This document shows, in pieces, positions 49,248 through 64,000 of a stretch of DNA of 64,000 nt. Numbering within the stretch: the stretch's first letter is position 1; every line of letters begins with the position of its first letter. Below the pieces are notes generated by a model. It was given only the letters and a program-made list of their open reading frames with translations, was not told the DNA's origin and did no database searches. The position numbers and the translations under genes are program-made. The stretch lies in NCBI RefSeq assembly GCF_009914755.1, contig NC_060931.1; one strand, 5' to 3'. Source of the stretch: the human T2T-CHM13v2.0 reference genome, Homo sapiens.

Positions 49248-49848
49248 TGAAACTACAGGTGCACACCACCATGCCCACTTAATTTTTGTAGAGACAGAGG
49301 TCTCACTATGTACTATGTTGCCTAGGCTGGTCTTGAACTCCTGGGCTCAAGCAATCCACCCAGCTCAGCCTCCCAAAGTTGACAGGCGTGAGCCACCGCA
49401 CCCACCTAATGAGAACTTTCTTAACCTTATTCTGCTTCTGCCATTCAACTTCAATTCTTTAGGTTCACCCCTTTCCAACTACTTATTTGTGTGATACTGT
49501 ATTTTTTTCAAATACTTCAAGTGAAACAACATATCACAATAGGCCAGGTGCAGTGGCTCATATCTGTACTCCTAGTGCTCTGGGAGGCTGAGGCAGATCA
49601 CTTGAGGCCAGGAGTTTGAGATCAGCCTGGACAACATAGTAAGACCCTGTCTCTAAAAAATAAAATGGCCCAGCTGGACGCAGTGGCTCACGCCTGTAAT
49701 CCCAGCACTTTGGGAGGCCGAGGCAGGTGGATTGCCTGAGTTCTGGAGTTCAAGACCAGCCTGGGCAACACGGAGAAACCCCGTCTCTACTAAAATACAA
49801 AAAAATTAGCCAGGCATGGTGGCATGCACCTGTAATCCCAGCTATTCA

Positions 49849-49962
<114 letters not shown>

Positions 49963-51740
49963 TTAAGTAAAATGGCCCGGTATGGTAGCACTCCCAGCTA
50001 CCTGGGAGGCTGAGGCGGGAACACGTGAGCCCAGGAGTTTGAGGCTGCAGTGAGCTATGATCGCACTGCTGCACTCTAGCCTGTGAGACAGAGCGAGACC
50101 CTGTCTTAAGAAAACACATATCACAACAGACTGGACGCCTAAGCAGAGAGTACGTGTGACTTAGCTCCCAAGAGATCTGCAAAACAGTAAAACAAAGCTA
50201 CTCTTGCACCTGTAACGGGACATTACGCCAAAGGAACAAGGGTGAAATAGCGGCAACTTTCAGGGGATCTACCTTCCTTCTTCAGTGACCCTGTTAGAGC
50301 AAGCTTGACTGTTCTGATCTTGTTCATATCTGTGCCAAAAGTGTTTTTTTTTTTTTTTTGCCCTCAGTAACTGCAATACTAAAAGTGCTTGGTCAGTTAA
50401 GTGCGGTGGCTTGGCCTGTAATCCCGGCACTTTGGGAGGCCAAGGTGGGCGGATCACCTGAGGTCAGGAGTTCGAGACCAACCTGGCCAACATGGAGAAA
50501 CCCCGTCTCTACTAAAAATACAAAATTAGCTGGGAGTGATGGCGCGTGCCTGTAATCCCAGCTACTCGGGTGGCTAAGGCAGGAAATCGCTTGAACCCGG
50601 GAGGCGGAGGTTGGGGTGAGCCAAGATGGCGCCACCGCACTCCACCCTGGGCAACAAGAGCAAAACTCCGTCTCAAAATAAATAAAATAAAAGTGCTTGG
50701 TCAATGTGTGCTGAAGAGTTGGTTGCTGCCGCTCGGCCTAGTTTCTTATGGTCTCCTAGCAGTGCAAAAGCAGCCTGGTGTGGGCAGACCAAACTCAGGC
50801 AGGCAGATGCGGGTTATCAGTGAGTTACAGCACCTTAGGTATAGCAGTCACTCCTAATTCTACAGCCATACACTTGCAGTGGCACCCAGGGTAGTTCTGG
50901 GTGACAAATGAGTCAACGTAAGTGAATTCACTGAGTATATGCCAAAAGCCTATTCACAGTGTGTTATCATTCCTGAAATGTGAATTAATGTTTCTCAGAA
51001 AATTAAGAAGCTTGGCCGGGCGCGGTGGCTCACACCTGTAATCCCAGCACTTTGGGAGGCCGAGGCAGGCGGATCACTTGAGGTCAGGAGTTTGAGACCA
51101 GCCTGGCCAACACGGCGAAACCCGGTCTCTATTAAAAATATAAAAATTAGCTGGGCATGGTGGTGGGATCCTGTAATCCCAGCTACTCAGAAGACTGAGA
51201 CATGAGAATAGCTTGGAACCTGGGAGGTGGAGGTTACAGTGAGCTGAGATCGTGCCACTGCACTCCAGCCTGTCACAAAAAAATAATTAAAAGCTATGAT
51301 CCAGTTATCATTTAAACCTACAACCACACCCACACCCACCCAGGCTAAGAAGTTTGAATAATTTGCCCAGGAATCAAAAGGGGCCATAATTCTGGGAGGA
51401 TCACTTGAGCCCAGGAGTTCGAGCCCAGCCTAGGCAACATGGCCAGACCCCATCTGTTTTTTGTTTTGTTTTGTTGTTTAAAACGGGCAGGATGGGGCGT
51501 GCCATCACTCAAACTCAGGTCTGTGTTTCTCCCCAGTGGTACCCCGGAAAGGCCCTCAGAGATCCAGTTGAACAGGCTCGTTTAATATGAGAAAAATGGA
51601 GGCCCAAAAGGTGCAATGGTTTGGTTTTGTTTTTTCAACAGAGATAGGGTCTCAATATGTTGCCCAGGCTGGTCTCAAACTCCTGGCCTCAAGTGATCTT
51701 CCGGCCTCAGCCTCCCAAAGTGCTGGGATTACAGGTGTGA

Positions 51741-52103
<363 letters not shown>

Positions 52104-52264
52104 TGATTCCTGGTTGGAGGCGCTTTCCAGTATCTACTGTCTTTCCCCTTTTTCCTGCCAATCCAACTTCATTGCTTGGGCTGGGGAGGGAAGAGAACAC
52201 CAACATCTGATCCAACCTTCAAAAGCAAAGGACAGTAAAACTCACACAATGAAGCTAAGGAGCA

Positions 52265-55070
52265 CTGGCGTCAGATCTGTAAGTTTATTTGCTCAATGTA
52301 CGACAGCTACATAATGACTCACATTCATGATATTCCATCACTGAGGAAACTGCTAAAGATGGTCCGTGTGTGAAATAATTCCTTAGAGAAACACGGAGCT
52401 GGAAAAATAATCACTGATTAGACCTTAAAAATAGTTCACTGCATAACATGACAAAAAGCACAAAGGCTCATTCAGAGAACATATTTGTTGTTCTCCAACA
52501 CTGTAATAGTTATAATTTCACCATGACAAACACCAGACATTAAGATTAAGCTAACACTGGTGTTTCTTTTGCTCCCCCCCTTTTAAAAACAAAATATATA
52601 ACTGCATGTCACTATAGCAACATCCAAAACAGATCAATTTGTTACAATCACTATTTGGTAGAGCAAACTTTACCCCCAAAAGGAAAAATTAAATTAAAAA
52701 AAAAAAACCTTTAAAAAATTTGAAGACTTAATTTTTTTTGTCATAGGAATACATAACACCTACAGTATAAGTTAATCAATTTCAAGCTACTGTATAGAAA
52801 TACAACACTAGCATGCACAATATTGTATCAATAGAGTAATGGAGGAGTAATCATTTCACTGGAGAGACAGTATCATAGGCAAGTGCATTTCTTTAAAAAT
52901 AAAGAAAAGAAAAACCATTCAAGCTGCTTAAATATCAAGTCTCCCATTCCCTCTCCGTTTTCAGCCCTCAGGTGTGATTTTTATCTTGCATTATTCTAAA
53001 AAGCAGCCAGAGCCAAAGCTGAAATTTAAAGGAAAAATAGGTTTTGTAATTCCAGTAAATCATTTCCAAATGCTACAAGGAAAAACGCAACACTGCTCAC
53101 TGGACATGAAGATAAATTAGGGAAAGCCCCACCTACCCTGCCCCCCCCCCCCCTCCCCCCCCAAATCGTCTTCCTCCCATGGCAATGACTTTAGGCGCCT
53201 GTGAGAGGCACAAAAGCGGCAAAGCTTCTTCTACTAGTTCTTCTGGTAGGCTTCACTTAACTGGGACTTTTACTCTAGCGTGAGGAGGGGGCCTCCTAAG
53301 GAAAGTCATGCTGGGTAAACTGTGCGATGTTACAGAGCACATTGAGTCTGTGGTCATCGTGGTTCTTCTATCTTCACTGTCACCTGTATCCTGTTACACA
53401 TACTCAGTTCCTAATTGTAAGCTCAATTTTGGTATTAGCAAAAGCATCTGTCAGTTTTTCCTCAATTACTCACACCTCTTCTTGCCTAAATAAAACAAAG
53501 AAACAAAGAAAACAAGTGTGGTGTCATTACACGTCTCGGGAGTTCCTCGTCACTGACTTTATATATATAAAAAAAAGAATGCACATGCGGGCCACGTTCA
53601 CAGATAGACAGATTCACCCGAAATGAGAATGAGGGCCTTAAGGCTGCCGAAAACAAATGGGTGGAAATAGCAACGTTGTTTCCGTCAATTCCAAATGTGC
53701 ACTGGCTGCGTGAGACAAGCCAATCTCCAATTCCTATGCTTTTTTCATTAAAAAGAAAAAACTATCTCGAGAGGAAAAAGTTCTGGTCAAATAGGAGTTC
53801 AGTGTTTGTTATCTGGTAACAGTTTTTTTATCTTCCTACAATTACTTGGGGAAGGAGTGTCTTCGGGGAGGAAAAACTGACACACTGACAAGGCTCCCGA
53901 AATTGGACAGAATGGTTAAGGATATAGCTCTTCCTTTTGGGTTTTTCTACCAGTAGGCTTCTAGCACCTGAATTTTCACACACTGCACCACAGACCTTCT
54001 CCAAACGCCTCTCCGACCCCACAGCTTCTGCACCCAGCTGCGTCCGCCAGCACGAGGCGCAGTAGGAAACGCCCCAGTGCAGAGTGGGTGACGGCAGTGT
54101 GATCCCTGAGGAGGGAGCTGCAGCAGCTTCAGAAGCGGGATGTTCTCTGAAAATACCAACACGATCCATGACATACAGACCTGAATTTTCTCTATTTTTG
54201 TGGCGTTTCACGTTTCTCTCAAGAGGATTAATAATTTTGGTGGTGGATTTACGTTAAGAGGAAAGAAGGACCAAAAAAAAAAAATCCCACAGCCACCTGC
54301 CGAGCACCTATGAACCAAAAACCTGAAGTCGCTTTCATTCTCATTTAGCCTAGGAGACCGATCAACAGCAAAACCAACCTGGATAAGGCTGAATAAGGAT
54401 GTTAAAGCCCAAACAACTAGCAAAGGAAAAGTACACAATCGATGGCTTGATGTTACATATGGCTGTAATGTAGAAATACTGTAAACTGCAATTTAGTGTT
54501 AATACTGTCAACTAATCAGAGACTTCGGAAAACTGGCAAGGCCTAAACCATAAGGATGAATGAGACCTCAGGTTCTAAGTCTGTCAGTCTGGGATTTACA
54601 CTGTTCCATGTCTGTAGGCTACACCCTGGAAAACATGCAGAGCCGAGACAGATGAGATAGAAAGTACCCAAAACGAGAGACGAGAGCGTATGTACATAAA
54701 AATCCTTACTGGAACCACAGAACTTACTGAATGAGGGCCATTCCTCTTTAAGTTTTCTTTTCATCTGAAAACCCTATTATCTAGCAATAAGTTAAATTAG
54801 AGACAGACAGCTCCACTTGCATGAATCTACAGAACAGTCCAGACGCCAGTGTGAGGCTGCTATTCCAATACCAGCACAGCTAGCCTGACTTTCCACTAGT
54901 GGTATTTTGGCAAAAATGTCAAAGAGGCGATCAAAGACAGGACAGGTCGTGGGTTTCTCCCTGGGAAGGTCATCCCTCCCTTTCCCTCCCCCACCCGACC
55001 CCCAACTCATGGGAAAAAAATAAAGACTGCAGTAGTAGCATCCGCGTGCGCTGCCAGTTCCCCTGGGGCC
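52265..55070 (-). other. YWHAG: YWHAG 3'UTR (~2.8 kb, free of recognisable transposons, many miRNA and Pumilio motifs)
   Basis: Runs from the TAA at 55071-55073 to the PAS; no Alu despite Alu-rich surroundings. Confidence 0.85.
52284..52289 (-). terminator. YWHAG: YWHAG polyadenylation signal (AATAAA on minus)
   Basis: TTTATT at the distal edge of the repeat-free AU-rich UTR. Confidence 0.8.
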
Positions 55071-55778
<708 letters not shown>

Positions 55779-56932
55779 TTAACTGTATCTTTGAGACACT
55801 AGAACAGAGCTCTGTTGAGTAACATGATGAACAGAAGGAAATTACTTTGTGTGGGCTGGGGGAAGGGGGCTGGAGGTGGAGCACACACAAGGGAGGGAAA
55901 AGTGCGGCTGGATCAATGGATCAACGGTGTCTGAACCCTGGCTTCCTCCCCAGAAAAGGACACAGGCTTATCACGTGTGTTCCACAAAACACTGTCAAGT
56001 CTAGGCCTTAGATGAGAGACTATGAGTACAGATGGTCTAACTCAGTGGTTTTTTAGGAAAACGGACTGACAAATTCCTCCTAATCCTGCCCTGTCTACTA
56101 AACTTCAGTCCCATCTCTTCTGGATAAGAAAATACTGAGTCAACTTCAAGCTGACTTCTGAGAAACATGGAGGCCTTTCTGCTCATATGCCAACACCATG
56201 TGAATTCTAAACCTCAGGGAGTCCAAATAAGGGGCATAGGATTGAGTCTGATCGCTGTGATACTTTAGCAACCCAGGGAACATGTTATTTGTGGCAGTGG
56301 GAGTGTCTGACTGAATACAACTTTACAACCAGCAATACAAAAGAACGAGGCGAGCACAGCGCCTCTAGCTGGGCAACAGGAATCAATGCTTCTCCCAAGA
56401 TGGCCATTTCTCAAGGCTCCCGCCCTCATCACCCCCAAGGCTAATCACTTTCAGAAGACTAAAGTGGCATCTCAAACCAATGTTGTATATTTTTATGACT
56501 ACAAATAACTGCTTATTAATATCAGCCAATAATACTAAATTTATTTACCTGGTTTCTATAGTATCAGAGTCATATACTATTACATTACTTGACAACCATA
56601 TGAAATACATTATTATTATTATTATATTTGACACAGGGTCTCATTCTATTGCCCAGCCTGGAGTGCAGCAGCAGGATCACAGATCACTGCAGCCTCAACC
56701 TCCCCAGGCTCAGATGATTCTCCCACCTCTGCCTACCGAGGAGCTGGGACTACCAGCACATGCCAACTGGCTGGGGATGGGGAGAGGAGAGGAGAGGAGA
56801 GAAGAAAAGTGGTTACTCCCTGTCCCTTGAGTCCCCATTGTTCCGTGTTGATCAACTGCAGCATCTGTATAACATTATATTACATACAGAGACGACAGGT
56901 AGGGACCTAGAATCCAAAAAGATCTACTAAAC

Positions 56933-57147
56933 CAAGCTTATCCAACCTGTGGCCCACAGGCTGCATGTAGCCCAGGATGGCTTTGAATGCAGCCCAACAC
57001 AAATTCGTAAACTCTATTAAAACACTGAGAATTCTTTTTGCGATTTTTTTTTTTTTTTTAGCTCATCAACTATTGTTAGTGTTAGTGTATTTTATGTGTG
57101 GCCCAAGGGAATGTGGCCCAGGGAAGCCAAAAGACTGGACACCCCTG
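56933..57147. mobile_element. MER30 (hAT-Charlie) non-autonomous DNA transposon
   Basis: Ends ggacacccctg; perfect 8-bp TSD tactaaac (56925-56932 and 57148-57155). Confidence 0.85.
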
Positions 57148-57768
57148 TACTAAACTCCTGGGGCATGGGGGAACTGAACTACCAGGAGACTTTTTTTTCT
57201 ATGTTTGAATCATTATGTTCAGTATGTTGGCCCATGCCTGTAATCCCAGTGCTTTGAGACACCAGGTGGGGAGGACTGCTTGAGGCCAGGAGTTCAAGAC
57301 CAGCCTGGCCAACATAACAAGGCCCCATCTCAAAAAAAAAAAAATTTTTTTTCTTAAATTATAAACGGGGGGTATGCTTGGCAAAAGTGATTACAGTCAT
57401 TACTTCAAGCAGCATCTACTCAGAGATAATTAAATCAAAACATAAACCAAATCATGCTTATTAGTTTATGGCAGGCAATTCATTTTCTGAATGAATGATC
57501 AGCAAGTGCTACACGCTCAAATATTCTCTAAACTGATTAGTGGTGTTGTTAAAGTTAACATTTTCCTAGACATTACTGATGCTCTGTTTTAATGCTGGAC
57601 AACGTTACTCCTACCAGCCGTGCCCTCAGTGAAACAGACTCAAAAGAGGGGAAGAATAGGGGGTGGGTACTACTTGAGTTCAGAGCAGAAGGAAACCAGG
57701 AAAGAGATGCTTTGCTCCACCACCTCTTGTTCCCGGCACTTCTGCAAACACTCCTCCTGCATGAATAA

Positions 57769-58459
<691 letters not shown>

Positions 58460-58629
58460 TGATTTATTTATTTCTTTATTTAGAGATGGGGTCTCACTAT
58501 ATCAATCCGCTGGAAGTGCAGTGGCACTATCTTGGCTCACTGCAACCTCAGCCTCCCAGGGCTTCAAGCAATCCTACCTTAGCCTCCTGAGTGGCTGGGA
58601 CTAAGGCACATGCCACCACACCCAGCTAA

Positions 58630-58776
<147 letters not shown>

Positions 58777-60495
58777 TAGTAGAGACAAGGTCTCACTATG
58801 TTGCCCAGGCTGGTCTTGAACCCTTAGTTCAAGTGATCCTCCCACCTTGGCCGCTCAGAGTGCTGGGATTACAGGTGACAGCCATTGTGCCCAGCAAAGT
58901 CTTCTTGAAAAAGTAAAATGCTACAGAAACATGAGGAACTACTTTTAAGAATACCCTGAATAATTTTCCTTCATTTTAGTTCTCACCACAGGGGATGTCT
59001 ACATTTCCTAACGATCTCCCAGCTCATCTTCCTGTATCGAGTGTCTCTTCTCCGTTTCATCCTCTTCTCTATATTAAGCGGAAACTGCCTTAGCTGCCTC
59101 ACATCGCTTCCTTTCCATAAACCCTAGTTCCATACAGCCTGAAAAAAAACTGCCCAGACTTGGCTTTGGAAGGAGCTGAGCCCTTGGGCGCTGCTGCCAC
59201 CCATCTCTGGCATACTTTACTGAGTGTGCGAATGCTGAAGACAAACCGCCCCGCGGTGCAGCCCTCATGACTGCCTCCAGTGCAAGGAGAGGCCAGCGTG
59301 CCGAAGGCCACAAAGATCAAGTTCTGGCCTTTCCCCTAAATCATGTTGTCCTTATTTCAAGGGCCAGGAGCTATTTAAAGCTCAAATTATCTCACCAGTC
59401 CTGGGGGCACTCCTCCTGCCACAAATGAAGTCTCCCAGCAGTGCCCAGAGAGGCAATCTGTACTTATGTAAAGTCTGCCTAGCTGTCCCCAGACACATTG
59501 GAACAAGGAGATTATGAAATGCCAGGATCACCTTTGGATACAGTAGCTCGACCACATTTGGAACACGCCCAGATGTTCCCTGCCAGTGAAAAACTAAGTT
59601 AGAGGGGAAACCCTTCAGCTCTAAAAAGTCTAAAGAAAAGTTGTTCTGAACACCTTAAATCAAAATTTTTAAAAATCCTTTATCCTTTAGATCATAATTA
59701 CTTGCATAAGAATCTGTTATTTTTAAATTAAAATAAGAGATCCCCACCATATTAGTTTTAAAGGTCAACAGATAACCTCTTAAAAGAACAAGTTATTCTA
59801 ATAGTGTCTAAAATGATTTAATCAAGACAGAATGACAGAATGACTATTCAATGTGGGAAGATACGGGATCTTGTATCATTTGGGAAGGGAGGTAACATTT
59901 TTCAAAACAGTCATTAAATTTGTTGTTGTTGTTTAAACAGAGACAGGGTCTCACTCTGTTGCCCTGGCTGGAGTACAGTGGTGCAATCACAGCTCACTGC
60001 AGCCACGCCACAAACTCCTCTGCCTCAGCCTCCAGAGAAGCTGGGACTACAGGCATCTACCACCACGCCCCCTAATTTTTGTATTTTTTGTAGGGACCAG
60101 GGTCACCCTATGTTGTCCAGGCTGGTTTCGAACTCCTGAGCACAAGTGATCCTCCAGCCTTGGCCTCCTAAAGTTCTGGGATTACAAACATGAGCCATTC
60201 TGCCTAACCTTCTTCTTCTTTAAAAAAAAAAAGAAAGAAAGAAAGAAAAGAAAAGAAATGGGGTCTCACTCTGTTGCCCAGGCTGGAGAGAAATGGCGTG
60301 ATCACAGCTCACTGCAGCCTCAACTTCTCAGGCTCAGGTGATCCTCCCACCTCAGCCTCCCATCACACCCTGGTTAATAAATTGTTTCTACGAATGCAAC
60401 ACTTGTAAACATGGTCCCCAAAATTTACTGTCATGGCTGTTGGAAAATGTAGAAAGTTTCAGTTTTTATTCCCCAGAGTTGTATGTTCTGCTTAA

Positions 60496-60786
<291 letters not shown>

Positions 60787-61337
60787 TGATCCGCCCGCCT
60801 CGGCCTCCCAAAGTGCTGGGATTACAGGCGTGAGCCACCGCGCCCGGCCTCAAATTTCTTTTGGTGACTTAAAAGATGTTAAAGATAGCTGTAGGTAAAA
60901 TGGTTAGAAAAATCTATGTTATTCTCACCAACAGTTTAAAAAGTAGAACTCCCCAAATCCCAGCTGCTAAGGAATCAGATGTTAATTAGTGTCAACTATT
61001 TTCCCCTAAGAGTTGATGAGGAGAGAAACCTTTTCTACCTAAGATTAGCAACTCTTGAAATTCTTGGAAAGCTACTTAGATGACTTTCTGACCTTAAGCC
61101 ATGGAGTACCAGGTCATTCACAATTTCCTTATCTACCAAGAACCTTACATTGTAATGGTAGGGACCAGACACAGCCGCTCACCTCTGTAATCCCAGCACT
61201 TTGGGAGGCCAAGGTGGGTGGATCACTTGAGGTCAGTAGTTTGAGACCAGCCTGGCCAACATGGCGAAACCCTGTCTCTACTAAAAATACAAAAATGAGC
61301 TGGGTGTGGTGTGCATGCCTGTAATCCCAGCTACTCA

Positions 61338-61490
<153 letters not shown>

Positions 61491-61639
61491 TTAATCTTCT
61501 TAAATAACTCCTCGGGGCTCAAGCAATCAATCCTCCTGCCTCAACCTGGAACTACAGGCATGCACCACCTCACCCAACACATTGATTTAATAAAACTGAA
61601 AATCTCTACAAAGAACTGAAGTTTACATCCAAAAAATAA

Positions 61640-61940
61640 GCCAGGAGAGATGAACAGGCAGAGCACACAGGACTTTCAGGGCAATGAAACTACACTGTGT
61701 GATATTCAGGTGGTGGCTACATGCCTCTATAAACTTGTCCAACTCCACAGAATGTAGATCACCAAGAGTGAGCTCTACTGTAAACTGTGGACCTTGGGTG
61801 ATAATGTTTCATTAATTGCAGTTTAAGTGTACCCCTCTGGTGGGGGCTGCTGAGGGAAGAAGGCTGTGCTTGTGTGGGGCAGGGGGTATATGGGAACTCC
61901 ATTAAATTTTACTGTGAATCCAAAACTGCTCTAAGAAAGT
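61640..61940 (+). mobile_element. Old L1 (L1MC-like) 3' fragment
   Basis: gatgaacaggcagagcac...ccacagaatgta...caccaagagtga...tgtaaact...tatatgggaactc resembles the L1MC 3'UTR. Confidence 0.6.
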
Positions 61941-62115
61941 CTGGCTTTTTTTTTTTTTTTTTTTTCTGAGACAGAGTTTCACTCTGTCACCCAGGCTGGA
62001 GTGTGATGGCACGATCTAGGCTCACTGCACCCTCTACTTCCGGGTTCAAGTGATTCTCGTGCCTCAGCCTCCAAAGTAGCTGGGATTACAGGCACCCACC
62101 ACCACGCCTGGCTAA

Positions 62116-62346
<231 letters not shown>

Positions 62347-62616
62347 TGAAAGGGCCAAGGGCCATGAAAAAGAGAAATGCAGTGAGTGCTAAATAGAAAC
62401 AGAAAGAATGAGATGACCAAGTGCAGGATGTGCGCTGCTGTCCATGTTAAGGATACACCATGCAGACAGTGGATAAACCACTGCAAACGGATGGGACACG
62501 GTTCTCCTTCATCACAACTCGTTCGAAAGACAACCTATGTTTACTAAGTAATCAACTAAACACTGAAAATAACCTTATGTATCTGAAATAACACGCCTCA
62601 AACATGAACTCCCTTC

Positions 62617-63448
<832 letters not shown>

Positions 63449-64000
63449 CATTCATTCCAGAAAACTTGATACATGTTTTATAAGTCCGGTGACCAGGGAA
63501 AAGATGATTAATGGCCACTACTTATCAAATAATTAATTCATCAAGCATCCATGGACCATCTAGTATATACATCACATTGTATCACAACGTGAAGACACAA
63601 AACACTAGTGGGATGTACTCAAGGTACTCAGTCTACACGGAGAAAATACAACTTATTCACATTGGAGTATCAGTCACAGAGGTATTCTTAACATAGCAAA
63701 CTGCATGGAAACTTGGAGAAAATTTTAATTAGGAACTAACAACTTTAGTTGGGTTTTTCCAGCAGCGATCACCCTGGCTAAAAATTGTGCAGAGGGAAAC
63801 ATTCATTCGAGGAAGAGGAACAGCCTCAGAGTCGTGAAATTTCTACCCAAGGCCAAGCCAAGGTCTCACAGATGAGAGGAGAGCTGGGTGAGGGCCTGGG
63901 TTTGGCTGACAGCGCCAAGTCCCACTCCACAAGGTGGGTATTACACTCGCTTTACAGGTGTGACTCAGAGAAATAACATGACTTTTCCCCAGAGTCACCT

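Noticed and set aside
56355-56375. Additional CTCF-like motifs (also ~4395, ~44395, ~59190)
   Set aside because: Several mismatches in the core; not supportable without a PWM scan or ChIP data.

Overview
This is Alu-dense human genomic DNA, recognisable as 7q11.23. It holds three genes: the last four coding exons and 3'UTR of SRRM3 (+, neural microexon splicing activator with the C-terminal eMIC domain), the complete three-exon HSPB1/HSP27 gene (+, 205 aa), and exon 2 plus the ~2.8 kb 3'UTR of YWHAG/14-3-3 gamma (-). Between them are dozens of Alus (including a young AluYb8 and a 5'-inverted Alu), a solo ERV9 LTR12, Tigger3a, MER30, MER21- and MER31-like LTRs, an orphan CpG island and convergent CTCF motifs around HSPB1. 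The most interesting signal is a set of splicing switches in SRRM3 itself. A 20-nt candidate microexon (5528-5547) would create a TGA stop exactly at its junction with the next exon, suggesting poison-microexon autoregulation of a microexon master regulator. A 79-nt cassette exon and several alternative acceptors would each break the eMIC domain. All splice, motif and repeat-family calls were made by eye; no database or RNA data were used.
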